Origin: Octopus sinensis
Lineage: Eukaryota
Direction: 5' to 3'
NCBI RefSeq assembly: GCF_006345805.1
Contig: NC_043006.1
Location: forward strand, 60,884,001-60,948,000
Length of the DNA: 64,000 nt
The notes below the pieces were generated by a model, which was given only the letters and a program-made list of their open reading frames with translations, was not told the DNA's origin and did not search any database. The position numbers and the translations under genes were made by a program. Position 1 is the first letter of the stretch; each line of letters starts with the position of its first letter. This document shows positions 36,610 through 50,329 of the stretch, in pieces.

Positions 36610-39600
36610 TGTGACTATGTTTTCCCGCTGCTCCCGAGTGGTAAACAAAACCATAACAGCATTGTGCGATTATTGGTGCATTCAGAACATAAAGGTCTGA
36701 ATGCACTCTCTATCGAACAACTAACTGCCCTAGGCCACAGCCGTTTCAGACACCTACCCATACTGTGACTCATGCTACCTCAACAACATTTCAAGCGTGT
36801 GGTTCTGAATTGCATGTAGTATGGCACCGACATGTGGCATGAAGAATTAGCTCTGCCTGTTTCCTCGCTTTATTCCTAGTTTTAACGAACAAGCACATGC
36901 TTTTATACGCTCGATGAAACTGCACATCACTTAAAGCATTCTCACACCTTTTTTTTTACTGTGTGAATATGGAAGTTAACAATTTTTAAGGAATCATAGT
37001 ATATCCGTTTTCTGCTTTTCTCTTCTGCTTTTCTTTTTCGTTTCTTGCAGCACATAGTTTCATGTCCCCCTGTTTGAGAAATAACGAATTATATGAAACG
37101 TCAATAATACGCTGTTTCTTTCATGTCAAATTGCATTGATTTTATAGTGATTTTCTCTTTCCTGATTATAATTCCTCTGGATAGATCTGGTGAATAGAAG
37201 ACCGATATCTGAACGCATTGGATATGATACAAAATGACTACAATGGCCGGAAGTGAAGTAAGAAGGAAGTAATAAGAATGATTGATAAAATAGCAAACAG
37301 TTAACAAAGAAGAATCTTTGGCGCAGCTTGCGAGATTGATTCGAACTTTGTATTATATTATGTAGTGCAGTCGTTGAGAAACATTCAAACGCTTACATTT
37401 CCCACTGAAAAACACTTTTGTCCGTTAATGGAGTTATAAAAATTTAAACAAAACCTAAGACATCTTATTAAATAACGCAGGCTGATTTTACAATTTTGTT
37501 AGATATGTAAATACACATCCATGGGGATATAAATTCAAAGAAGGACTGTACTTGATCATTTACAGTGTCGATCGTTGGAATGTTAATAATACACATTTTC
37601 AGAAAACAACATTTAATATACATACAACACACGGCCGTGGAATATGTAGGTCCAACTTGTAAATTTGTTGCATGAAAGCGTAATATAGACTGAAATTTAA
37701 ATAGAACATTTTCTCCAAATACAATATTACTTCTCCGCACAAACCATTCTTAATCGCATTTCTTTAGAAACAAATGTGTTTTAGAAGCTGCTTATAGGTT
37801 TTTTTCATGAAAAAAAAAACCAAATTTCTTCCATGCTGAAGGGCTAATTTCTCATTTAAGACTAAAGCGATTAGCATTCCACAAATAGCAAACAAATGCT
37901 AAAGTAGGGTTGTACTGTATTATTCTTTATGAAAAAGTATTGAAAAAAAATAGATTTTAAATTACAAGAAATGAACTTTTATATTGTTTTTATTTAAATG
38001 AAATCGAACACGATTTTTTTTCAAATATTTAAACCAAAACTGCGTGCATAAATAGTTCTAATTGTAACGAGAATAGCAAAATTAAACCTATGTTTCCTTT
38101 ACTGTTAGATATAACTTCAAAGAAAAAGAGATTTCATGCTGATATGGACATTAGCAATCAGATTACTGATCTTCTTAAAGAAGGAAAAACATATTTCATA
38201 TTCATAATCACCAGGAGAAAGAGAGAATTAGAACATATTCCTTTACATAAGGTAAAGAAAGCAAATCTACATTTTAAGATAAGTGATTATACGCAAGTAA
38301 AAAATGTCGTGAAAGCTCATGAACAACTTGAAGTACAGTTGGCAGGGGACCGAAATTTACACTTCTTCAAGAAAGAAATATGGATCCTCCAATAGGTGTC
38401 AAGATCGTTTAAAATTTCTGAAAACGAGACAGTTTGGAGAAGTACCATTACCAGGAGGTTACCAGATGCCTTGAAAATATACAGAAGAATTTGTTGACAA
38501 AGAGATAACACTAAGGGAAGTTTCCCTTTTGGTCCGAAATGTTAGATATTATTTAAAATGTAGTTGGGATCAGGAATAAAGTTTGGAGGTTTATAATGAT
38601 TACCCAGAATGCGGCTTACGCCTGATTAACGAAAGAAAATCTAACCTGCATGTATTTAATCAAATTTCAGAAATGTAGAAAGTAGTCCTATTGTATGATG
38701 TGCATTTGCATCTGCATCCAATTGCGAATTTATATGGTTTGAGAAATCGATTAAATCCTTAGTATAATTAAAACTGGTAGAAAGATAATTATTTTCCAAG
38801 CTGCTAAGCGTATTTCATAGAGAAATAAAAATAAAAGGGAGTTGTCAACCACACAATGCAACTTCCCTTATAACGAAATCATCCATAATTAATTAGAAAT
38901 ACTTCCTAAAAAATATATACTCAGTAGGTTTGAATGACATAGAGGATATTTGAGAATGTTTGAATACAAAAATGTTGGAATACATTTTCAACGTTTGGTC
39001 AAAGTTTGGCAAGATGGGAAAATGGAAACGAAAATAATGTTTTGTATTTCAGGCGCAAGGTCAGAGATCCTAATGGAAAAAGGGTTAGTCAATATTATTG
39101 ACACAGAATTTGGCCAAAATTATATTTTATCTACGTCAAAGTGGGATGGTGAAAAATAAAGGTGGTCTAGATGTGGTTTGATATAATTTCTCGGCACTCT
39201 AATTGTTCAGCCATCATACCGCCTTTTCAAAAGAGAGATGTATGACATTTCATGGGATGAAAGTCTGTTTTACAGATTGCTTAAAAATGAATGCTGACTT
39301 AAAGAAATATAAGTGACAAGTTACTCATATTTATTTGTAGAAGTATTTCTGAATGGTCAAATGGTTTCTATTTGACCATTTGACCATATTTCATGATATG
39401 GTTATGGTTTTTAATTTATTTTTTGCTTGACAATAGTATAGCTCTTTCAATTGTCCAGTAGTGTATATTCAGTAGATTTATATTTTACACTTGCCGACAT
39501 TTAGACGGTCTTTAAACAGTTATTACTATATCTCATAAGATATCTTTCAATCATTAGGTTACAGAGTATAGCGTTGTACGGGCATGTGTATCTCGCTCAA

Positions 39601-40194
39601 AGTATCCATCAAGAAGAACAAAATAAATACATTTTTGATTCTTTGCTTAGGTTCTGACAATAAAAGGGTTATTCAAAAGCCTGTATCAGGTTTCATTTTA
39701 CACATAGGGTTACTGCGATTCAGAAACCTAAGACATTTCACGTCACCCTGCAAAATACATATCTATAACAGTATCTATGTATTTATGTATCTGTCGCTCT
39801 CTTTCCACTTGCACACACATATACATACATATATACATATTCATATGCATACAAACAGAAAGTGAAGAAAAGAAAGCAAGAGAAATGGTGGGAGAAACTT
39901 CCAGTATCTTGATAGTTTTTAAGCTAAGACTAAAGACGAATTAAGTACACATGAAGTGAGTTATGTAGCTTCGGATACGGAACTACTATTTAGTATTAAG
40001 ATCACTCAGATTCTGTTGTATGCTTCTTTTTGATAGTCGTGAACTATTCACTGGATTTAGCCATCATTGGGACAAGTGTAATGCATGTCTGTCTGTCTAT
40101 ATGTATGTATACCTGTATGTATGTATACCTGTATGTATGTATATATATAAAATTTAAAAAAGTAAATAGCAGCGACGTTCCTTGAGAACGGATA

Positions 40195-40600
40195 AAATTT
40201 AGCATCTTGGGCTTCTCAAGTATCTACATAAAAAGGGCTTTGCCCAGAATGACATTCATGCTGACGTAGCTGAACATTAGGTGATGACGTTTCACTTTTA
40301 TCAACAGTGCAAATGCGGTCAGCCAAATTTAGGAGCGGGAGGGAGTGTTCTTGAATATGACCCCAAGTTCGGTATATCCTGCAACTACCACTACCGAAGA
40401 AGACATTGATTCTGCTCACCACAGGATGATGGATGACTGACAATTGATTATGTATGAAATAGCCAATGGTATTAGCTTATCCAGTGAAAAAGTTATTCTT
40501 CACCATGAATTTTGCATGACGATGGTTTCTGATCGGTGGGGGTCACTTGCTCTGACACCTGATCAAATGCGTACAAGGCTGATCACATCGTGAGGAAACA
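40195..40600 (+). mobile_element. Mariner transposase N-terminal relic (HTH to WVP region)
   Basis: Frameshifted KYLHKKGFAQNDIHAD..STVQMRSAKFRSGR..TTTTEEDID..MMDD.QL..LTPDQMRTRLITS. Confidence 0.75.
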
Positions 40601-40744
40601 ACACCTGGCTGATGCAAGGATAACGACGCAGTCCTATATTCTCTCATGAGAAACAGAATTAAACCCAGAAATGTACAAATATTAGATAAGAAGTGCTGAT
40701 GCGTCTTCCTTATTCCGGGTTTTTACTGGTTAACTTGAATCTTG

Positions 40745-40894
40745 TTTTCGTTTTTGGAGAGTCAAAACTATTGAAAAGGTTGCAAGGTGCAACGAAAATT
40801 TTAGGACAATAAATATAAGAAGAACGTGGAAATTTTACCGGTGAGTGTGTTACATAATAAGCCACAAAAAGAAAATGGCTCTCCCCAGACACAA
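40745..40894 (-). mobile_element. Short internally deleted copy of the 58044-58331 element, with 10-bp TSD
   Basis: Shares both termini (TTTCGTTTTTGGA.. and ..CTCCCCAGACACAA). TTGAATCTTG at 40735-40744 and 40895-40904. Confidence 0.7.
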
Positions 40895-40970
40895 TTGAAT
40901 CTTGCATTTTGTCTGCTTTCCAACAATTTTAACTTCAAATATGAATTGCATGCTTCGTGCTACACGACAA

Positions 40971-41133
<163 letters not shown>

Positions 41134-41224
41134 ATCTGTCTATATTTCTATCTATCTGTCTATCTGTCTATATTTCTATCTATCTGTCTATCTGTCTATC
41201 TATCTATCTAACTTTCTATCTATA

Positions 41225-41325
<101 letters not shown>

Positions 41326-41419
41326 ATCTACCAGTCTGCCTACCAGCCTGCCTATCTGTCTGTCATCTCCATCTATCTATACATACCTACGTCCATACAC
41401 ACATACATACATACATACA

Positions 41420-41453
<34 letters not shown>

Positions 41454-41808
41454 CGTACACAAACACAAATAAGCATATGCACCTGTATGCATGTACACAT
41501 GTGTGTGTTGATTTGAGATGGTGTGTTAAGTGCTGTTTTGCCACAGGGAAATAAAATAGAAAACTATCGATTTCTGTGAAATGTGCTTTGGCTAATATAT
41601 ATTTCGAAATGTAGGTCAAATTTAGCTATAAAGTAGACTGCCTTTTCATGAACACCACTTCTCACACACATAAGGTCATGCACATACACCTGCACATACA
41701 CGCATACACACAAGCTCAGACACACACACACACACACACACACACACCACATATATATTGAATGCCTCGAGGAAAGTAATAATGTAGATGCGTTTCGCTG
41801 TTTTTAGT

Positions 41809-42045
41809 AGTAACATGTTCCTTTCTATTGTAGCACATGCTAATTATATATATGCATTTGGGAGCAATATATACCCATAAACATAAATACATAGATATGT
41901 ATACATAAATGGTGGCACATGTGTACATAATTGCATGCTTATGCTTAAACACACATACACTGTATATGCACACGCACACGCGCATACATGCATACATACA
42001 TACATACGTACATATATATATATTATATATGTATAGTTCTGTATG

Positions 42046-42090
<45 letters not shown>

Positions 42091-42245
42091 ATGTATGTAT
42101 GTGCGTGTACGCGTGTGTGTGCGGTGTATGTGTGTTTATGCATACGTATACAAGTATGTACACATGTACCACCACTTCTGTATACATATCTGTATATATA
42201 TGTTTATGGGTATATATTGCTCCCAGGAAAGAGAAGAATGTTACT
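41809..42245. repeat. Imperfect inverted repeat centred on (TA)n
   Basis: TGGGAGCAATATATACCCATAAACATA.. (from 41857) mirrored by ..TATGTTTATGGGTATATATTGCTCCCA (to 42225). Outer AGTAACAT/ATGTTACT. Confidence 0.8.
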
Positions 42246-43343
42246 GTTATTTAGCCCCAAGAAACACCGTTTCTAGTTGGCTACGCGACACAAGCTTTCT
42301 GTGTCCTTAAAAGTTTTCGAACATGGGTGTTAAGTACCTCCACCCAGCAAAGCCAGCATCCAGGGACTGGTTATGAGTCTGGAGTGGCTTGGACTTACAA
42401 GATGCCGCTGCTAATCTTTTTATATACATAAACCATTCAAATAAATAAGGAAAATAATCCATCTACACAGGGTTTATTCTCACTGTAATTTATACAGCAT
42501 ATTTAATTTAAGTCTCTGTCTGACATATTCTTTTGCTAACTTGGTACCTCACAATGTCGTTTTAATTTGCGTCCAGTCTGTTCATCTGGTTGAAACCTGT
42601 CCAATCAGCTTTATTCAAGTTGTTGCTGCCAATAAAGTTTGATGCGAACTGAAGTATAATTGTTCAGAGAGTTTTACGTTTGAGTAGGTGATGAAAAGTG
42701 CTGACTGCAAAGAATAATATAGGAATAGATAGAAACCTGATTTGGCTATAAAATCGGTCATGATATTGAACGCAGAATGACCTACTAGTTTGAATTTCGA
42801 ATCATGAATATTAGGTCTTAAACTAGGTCAGAATGTATTACATCCATCAGCCATAAGCGAAATAAATAGGAAGAAATGTGATCTTCGCAAAGAATTTAAT
42901 CTGACATGAATTTTAAGATACTACATTTGGAATGAATGTGATCCATTTCTACTTGGCCTTAAAAAAACTTGAACTAAAGAGAGTCACGTTGCTAATTTTT
43001 GAAAGCGATAAAAAAGTTTATTTATCGAACCTATTCTCTGCAAGTCTAAGATATCCCTTTAAGACATAAGCAGACCATGCAGCCATTGTAATACTGGTTA
43101 CAGAATATGAATCACTGGCAATTGAGTTAATTACTTAATATTCCGAGTAGTCAGCTGATTACTCATTACTCTTATAAGTAGTTGATAACAACACTAGTGT
43201 TAAGTATTTAAAGGTGTTTGCAAATATGATAAATAAAAGTTCATCATAACAAACAAAATCTACTTAAAAGATACCGATGTAAATACGTGACCATACATTC
43301 ATATAATTTCTGTATCACACTTAATCAGTGTAGTCTCTCTGTA

Positions 43344-43864
43344 TCCATTATAATAAAAGGGAAATTATTTATGACCCTCTGGGACCCCTGTATTTCAGTT
43401 TATATTTTCTGTACATAGACATAAAATTTCGGGAATCAGGATGATCACGAGATTGAAAATACAATTCATTTGGGATCTAATATAAAAAGCATTTGGGTTG
43501 CTAATTCTAGCAGATATAGCTTCGCTGATTCACGCCATCTTGGTTGGCCTTTGTCAGACGACGTCACAGATCAAGTGGGAAATAAATGACATTCTAGTCG
43601 TTAATTTTACATCAAAATAAGAACTTTGGGTCAAATTGGCTAACAGTTGGAATTCAGCTTGGGACTGCGAAACCACAATGATTACATCACAGAATTAATT
43701 TTCATCCGCCCTTAACCTCTAATCAAACACCACTGGCGCATATAGCCATTATAGACGTATTATAGACATGCTATCTAGCTCTCGTTAGTTTTGGGCCGCA
43801 GGCCCAATTATCTCTTCCCAAGAGCTACCCTAAAACCCCGCACGGTGTGCGGCTTTTAAGCTAG
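43344..43864 (+). mobile_element. Non-autonomous Helitron
   Basis: 5' A|TC start (TCCATTATAATAAAAGG), subterminal hairpin CCGCAC-GGT-GTGCGG (43838-43852), terminal CTAG (43861-43864). The following base is C rather than the canonical T. Confidence 0.7.
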
Positions 43865-44058
43865 CGTTTAACATTTACCTTTTAGTTGTAGACACTGTTT
43901 TCCAATTAATGAACTCTTCATAAATGCGTAGGTTTAATTTATAGACTTATAAACCTTATGCAGTCATGTGTGTAAATATGTAAGTAGTTTCCTCTTTTGC
44001 TCCCTTAATTGTTTCATTCATCTGATTTCGGCCATGCTGAAGCTCCACCTTAGGAGAT

Positions 44059-44170
44059 AAACTTACCGCACCGAGTTTTCCCAACCGGTCGCTCATCTAA
44101 ATACTAAGTGGTCGTTTAACTTCGGTGATCAGACGATAACGTGAGCTTTCAGTGTGATATGACCGTAGTT
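44059..44170 (-). pseudogene. Diverged 5S rRNA-derived sequence
   Basis: Minus strand AACTACGGTCATATCACACTGAAAGCTCACGTTATCGTCTGATCACCGAAGTTAA..TTAGTATTTAGATGAGCGACCGGTTGGGAAAACTCGGTGCGGTAAGTTT aligns by eye to eukaryotic 5S, with a short internal deletion. Confidence 0.85.
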
Positions 44171-45894
44171 TGTTTATAAATGTAATTCTAAGAAAATCGA
44201 TTCAAAAACAAATTTTGTAGTCGCAAAATCTAAGCGGATGAAATATGTACATTATTTTTTGTAGGATGAGATTGATCCCAATTTTGTTAGCTGATACTTT
44301 TCCCTGGTGCACGAATGGAATTGACAATTTGCATACCAAAAATATATGCATCAGATTCACGATTCTAAAATAGTTTTTCTTGTGCTAAAAAAGCTATGAC
44401 GATAAAGATGCGACGTTAAATGTAACACGTTTGTAATCATTCCAACTTTCTTTTTAGTTCCAAAGTATCGAAGACCATATGTTTCCAAAATGCTTATCTT
44501 AATATGAAGGTAGCATAATATTTGAGCGCTATTTGGTTGTTATGTCTAAAAGAGAGAGTTGCCATATTAACATACCACCATAGTTCATGTGTACTGTAAA
44601 CGATTATACAATATAGATTTCCTGAATTACTATGTTTGAACTTGCCAGATGAGAAACAATTAGTCTTGTTTTGTATAAGTGATTACGACAGGATATATAT
44701 AATTGACCACTGCTCGATGATATAGCTCTGTAAGATAGCAAGGAAATGCTTTTGTTGTATTTTGCAAAATTTCAATTTGCCGATAAGAAAACCACTCACC
44801 GTTTCTATTTCAAGTGATCTTGTCATTAAAATCAACTAGTTATCAAACAATCTGTTTCTTGAGTTATCGATTGACCAGTCACTCAAATATTTTCTAAGAG
44901 TCCTTTCATCTCCATTAGCGACCTGAGCAGTGATTTACCTTTGTTAACCTGGTTCTGTCACGTTGCCTCTAAAATATGTCTCTGTGTGTGATTGTGTGAG
45001 TGAGTGTGAATGAGTGACTGAATGTGCGGCGTATGTGTGGTTCATCAGGATTCGATATTTTATGTTTAATGACCTTATGAGCGGAGTGTGTGCGTATATG
45101 TGTATATGTACATATGTGCATGTGTGCATGTGCTTGTCCATTCATGTACGCGTGCGGCAAACCTTGTTTTCTTCTGAAACTTTTGTTTTTGGAAAACGAA
45201 ATAATTTAAAAACTTCTCTAAAACCTGAAATAATATGCATAACAACCAAATTACTTTCGCATTAAAATACATTTAAAATAGAATATACAAACACATTTAG
45301 TCATATTTTCAGACATGTTTTACATAAAATACAAGTGTTTTAATTGTTTCAAAACACGGCAACTATTTAATACGGGAAGAAAACAGTATAGAATTTCTAT
45401 ATATATGCACGTTGGAGCAGTTGACAACGAGATAAACAGGCATCGATGTTTGCCATCTTTACGATGCGATTCATTTTGTACATGAAATTGGAATTTGAAA
45501 CACTGTGAACTAGATTAATTTTTTCTGTTTACTCAAGTAATTGAATTTTGCTCCAAAAATAATTAATTTTTCTAAAATTAATTTGTGATTCATATGAGAT
45601 GTTGCAATTGAAAAAACAAATTTCAGGAAAACGAACTGCGGTTTGCGTTTGATTTATTGATAATTTTTCAAGTATTTATTAGGCGTTACCATGTGAATGT
45701 GGATGTGTAAAACTGCAATCAGATCGAACGAGGAGGTCCCACTCATTTTTGTACCAATACAAAATCAAGATAATAAAACATTAGCAATGGCAATGACATC
45801 AACACCAACAACTCTGCCTCCACCACCACCACCACCATCATCAACACCAAAACCACCACTACAATTACTACTAATAATAATAATAATCATTTCT

Positions 45895-46077
45895 ACTATG
45901 GGGAGGGGACTAGTCGATTACATCGACTCCATCAGTTTTCTGTTATTTATTTAATTGAGCCCGAAATGATGAAAAGCAAAGTCGACCTCGGCTGAATTTG
46001 AAATCAGAACGTAGCCACAGACGAAATACCGCTATGCACTTCTCTCGGTGTGCTACCAGTTCTGGTGGCTCGCCGAA
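45895..46077 (-). mobile_element. Degenerate SINE (29549 family)
   Basis: AGTCGATTACATCGAC..AAAGCAAAGTCGACCTCGGCTGAATTTGAAATCAGAACGTAG..GCTCGCCG. Confidence 0.75.
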
Positions 46078-46084
46078 TAATAAT

Positions 46085-46550
46085 AAGGTGTGCTTGAATG
46101 TACATGTTTTGTCTTGATATATAAGTTGGGTTACAGAAAATATTCTGCTCAATGCCACACATTTACTTGTCAGTTGCTTGGCCTTAACAACTTGAGTATG
46201 TCTCTTAGTGGCTTATGTTCATCTCTGATCACGAGCAGGGGTAGTGAGAGAGCATCATAGCCATGTGTTCAGAGGTATTCCTTGGAATTTAGATTATTCC
46301 CCTCGGGTGTTTCATTCATCATTAAAAAAAAAAACCTTACTCAGAGGTTTGAGCGGGATTGATTACTCGACTAGAAACATATTCTAACTGGGTCCCACCT
46401 GCAATAGCATGCACTGTTTATCTTGGTTTGAGATCATCATGTCGCGCACATTTGGTTGTAATGCATATACCTGATGTACACATATCCGACAAGTAGTCAT
46501 AATGTGTTTATTGGGCTTCGTATATTTGTACCACAGCGTCACTTTCATTG
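46085..46550. repeat. Interspersed repeat family; other copies at about 48617-48765 and 49066-49585
   Basis: Shared AAATATTCTGCTCAAT(G/A)CCACA..TTGTCAGTTG..GAGCATCATAGCCATGTGTT; adjacent to (TAA)n. Confidence 0.75.
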
Positions 46551-46699
46551 TGTGTGCTGCTCTCTCATTGAATAATAATAATGTACAAATATCTGTAACA
46601 TCTCTTATCTTTCCCATGTCCTAAGACGCTGGAAGTGTCCTGGCAAGGGATTGCAACAAAGATGCAGATTAAAAGTAAATAACATCAACAATAACAATA

Positions 46700-46781
<82 letters not shown>

Positions 46782-46859
46782 TAATAATAATAATAACAAC
46801 AACAACAATAGACAAAGCGAAATTTAGAAATCGACAAAGCAAAGAAAAATAGACAAAAC

Positions 46860-47600
46860 AAAATAAATGAAATAGACAAAGAAAAATCTCAACAATGGCC
46901 GAGAAACTCAGGACTCAAAGCAGAGTCTAAAGGATTTCTAATTGCAGCACAAGACCAAAGCCTCGCCATCAGAAATTACCCAAAACATGTAATGTTATTT
47001 CTAGCTGCCCAGTCCTGGCAGAGAAGGAATACGTTCACAGACACGACATAGTTGGAATATATATACACTGAAATGTATTCCAACACCATGGAATAACAAC
47101 AAAAAGGAGATGGTATAAGCACACACGCCAGAAAAAGTCACAGAAAATAAGCAGCCATACTATGTGATATGCAATACACGCAGATAGAGAAATTAAGGCC
47201 AATAGGACGGATAGAGATGTCAGAAATCACCAAGAAAAAAAAAATGCTTTCTAATGGATGTACCAATACCAAAAAATGACAATGTTTCTCTAAAAGAGAT
47301 AGAGAAACTTTTAAAACAGAAAGGCCTGGAAATAGAGGTAACTTGAATGTGGAATCTAAAAACAGAAAAAAATTCTATCATAGTTGGCGCATTAGGTATG
47401 ATAAAAAATATCCAGGACTAACAATTATATATAACATACAGAAAATAGCATTACTAGGCATCAACAAAAATCCTACGTAAAACACTTACAATACGGTAAC
47501 CATAAGAGCATCACAGCAAACCACATCACATGCCCAAGGCTCACAGAGCTGCGCTGGGTAGTGCAGTGAAAGCACGTGATAAAAAAAAGACTACTGAATG
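46860..47600 (+). mobile_element. R4/Dong LINE 3' fragment (same subfamily as the 23950 copy)
   Basis: QQWPRNSGLKAESKGFLIAAQDQSLAIRNY..ANRTD..KCFLMDVPI..LLG..ILRKTL; 3' UTR GTGAAAGCACG..ACTACTGAA followed by a GAT/TAA tail. Confidence 0.85.
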
Positions 47601-47668
47601 ATGATGATGATGATGATGATGATGATAATAATAATAATAATAATAATAATAGTAATAATAATAATAAT

Positions 47669-47711
<43 letters not shown>

Positions 47712-47899
47712 TTAATAATAATATAATAATAATAATAATAATATATAATAATAATAATATAATAATATAATAATAATAATAATATAATATTAATAATAAT
47801 AATAATAATAATAGGAAGAAGAAGAAGAAGAAGAAGAAGAAGAAGAAGAAGAAGAAGAAGAAGAAGAAGAAGAAGAAGAAGAAGAAGAAGAAGAAGAAA

Positions 47900-48330
47900 T
47901 GAACAAAAAATAAGAAAAAGCATGGAAGGAAAAAATGTATGGTAAATTTGTAAGAGACGTGAACGCTAAGACAGATACAGAGGACCGGTGGCTATGGAGT
48001 GACCAGAAAACAGAGAAAGAAGCACTTATATAAGGACCAATTATATAAAGTGCAGAACTGACAACACAACCCATAGCGACATATGCCGAATGTGTGATGA
48101 GAGGGGTGAAACGGTATGACACATCGTTAGGGAATGCCCGAAATTGGCACGACGCGAATACAAACGACGCTATGACAATGTGGCAAGAATGATCCATGGG
48201 AACTCTATGGAAAACGCCTACATAGAGCAAAGACGTGGTATGTACAAATTCTCACCGAAAAGGAGAACTGCAAAATCCTGTCGGATTTACTGATCCAGTG
48301 CTGTCACCTGAGTATACAAAGTGAGGTTTT
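47900..48330 (+). mobile_element. R4/Dong LINE fragment (CCHC region)
   Basis: WKEKMYGKFVRDV..CRMCDERGETV.HIVRECPKLARREYKRRYDNVARMIH. Confidence 0.75.
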
Positions 48331-48558
48331 TTTGCCTCGTTGGTACGGCCAGAATAATCAAGAATGTAGTAGATAGCTGAAAAGAACAAATAGTATGGTA
48401 CCGTAGGCAGTAGGTAGTAAACCCGATTGCATGCAAGACTCCAGTAGCTCCAACAAAACCTGTGATGAAAAGAAAATAATGATAATGATAATAATAATAA
48501 CAACAACACCAGCAACAGCAACAGCATCAACAAAAACTTTAACAATAATTATAATAAT

Positions 48559-48619
<61 letters not shown>

Positions 48620-48767
48620 CCCTGATGCAGTAACAGGCAGTGGCCTTCATGGCTTCTGATTTTAACTGATTGGAAGTGTTATCATGTACATTGTTTTGTC
48701 TTGATATAAAAGATGGGCTACACCAAATATTCTGCTCAATACCACAGATTTGCTTATAATAATAATG

Positions 48768-48800
<33 letters not shown>

Positions 48801-48804
48801 TGCA

Positions 48805-49000
48805 ACTTTCTACTAAAGGCTCAAGGCCCGAAATTTTGAGAAGGGGATTAGTCGATTACATCGACACCAGTGAATTCAGTTACCCACCCGGAAAGAATGG
48901 AAGCCAAACTCAACCTCTGCGGAATTTGAAATCAGAACGTAGCGACGGCCATAATGCTGCTAAGCATTTTGTCCGGCGTGCTAACGATTCTGCTAGCTCG
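48805..49000 (-). mobile_element. Degenerate SINE (29549 family)
   Basis: GGGGATTAGTCGATTACATCGAC..GCGGAATTTGAAATCAGAACGTAG..CTAAGCATTTTGTCCGGCGTGCTAACGATTCTGCTAGCTCGC. Confidence 0.75.
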
Positions 49001-49003
49001 CAG

Positions 49004-49044
<41 letters not shown>

Positions 49045-50329
49045 ATAATAATAATAATAATAATAATGCCCTGATGCAGTACTAAGCAGTGGCTCTCATT
49101 GCTTCTTATCTTAAATGATTGGAAGTGTCATCATGTACGTGTTTTGCCTTAGTGTAAAAGATGGGCTACAGCAAATATTCTGGTCAATAACACAGATTTG
49201 CTTGTCAGTTGTTTGACCTTAAGCAGTTGAGCATGTCACTTAGTGGCAGGCGATATGTGCAACTCTGATCATGAGCAAAGGTATTAGGGGAGCATCATAG
49301 CCATGTGTTGAAAAAAATTCTTTGGGGTTTAAATAATTCGCCTCTGGAAACATGGGTGGTTCATTCATTATCATGAGTGGGATGGGCTACTCGACCACAC
49401 GAAGAAAATTCTAAATGGTCCTCACCTGAAAGGTTATGCGCTGTTTATCGTGATATAAGATCACAATGTCGCGCAGATATAGTTGTGATGCATGTTCCTG
49501 GTGCACCCTCATCAGACGGGTAGCCATGAAGGGTATCTCGGGATCCGTATATTTTACCCCAGTGCAACTTTGCTGTCATGCACTGCTCTCTGACTCAATA
49601 ATAATAATAGTAATAATACAATTTTCTTTTCTCATCAACATTGTCAGTCTTGTTGGATCTCCCTGCCTCACTTGAGAATAGTACTAGGTTTTTAAATATT
49701 CATATACCGTTTTTCTCTTTTGGCTGGCGCTATGAATGTAGTTTGTACTAATGGAATCGCAAGCAGGAATTTAATGGCTTGGTAAAATCATTTTGTTTAC
49801 TTTTTTACATGTATATGATAACATACGCTTTTTAAAATTTGTTTTTCTTTTCTCTATAAATTTCAGTTTAGATCTCCATCGTTTTACTAATATCTGCAAC
49901 GTTGAAAATTTACTTGCTTTTCAGCGATGTTCCTACACAAACTCTTCCTCTCTACTTATACCATATATCTTGATATAGATATCACAGTAGTGATAGTGAT
50001 ACTAATGGTGAAATTGATAGTGGCTATGCTAGTGATATTGGTAGTGGTAGTAAAAATAATAATTATTCTAAGTAGAGCTGGTATAAAATATTCAGATAAT
50101 TTTTTAGACACAGCATCGATGGTGAGAAATGTCACGGTGGTGACTTCAGTTGTATATTTTTTACTCGTCTTATTGCATTGGTTTGGAGGGAATGTCTAGC
50201 GAACTTCCGGTGTTAGCATATGTTGTAATTAGGCTTAAAATAAACATACTAATGATCGGGTCGTCGGAGACTATATTGGAAAACATACCAAGCGTGGTTG
50301 GTGAGGAAGATGGTTGTTAGACACCCTGC

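Noticed and set aside
38090-38520. 101-aa ORF with possible splice sites
   Set aside because: No recognisable domain, and neighbouring frames contain stops; unsupported without expression data.
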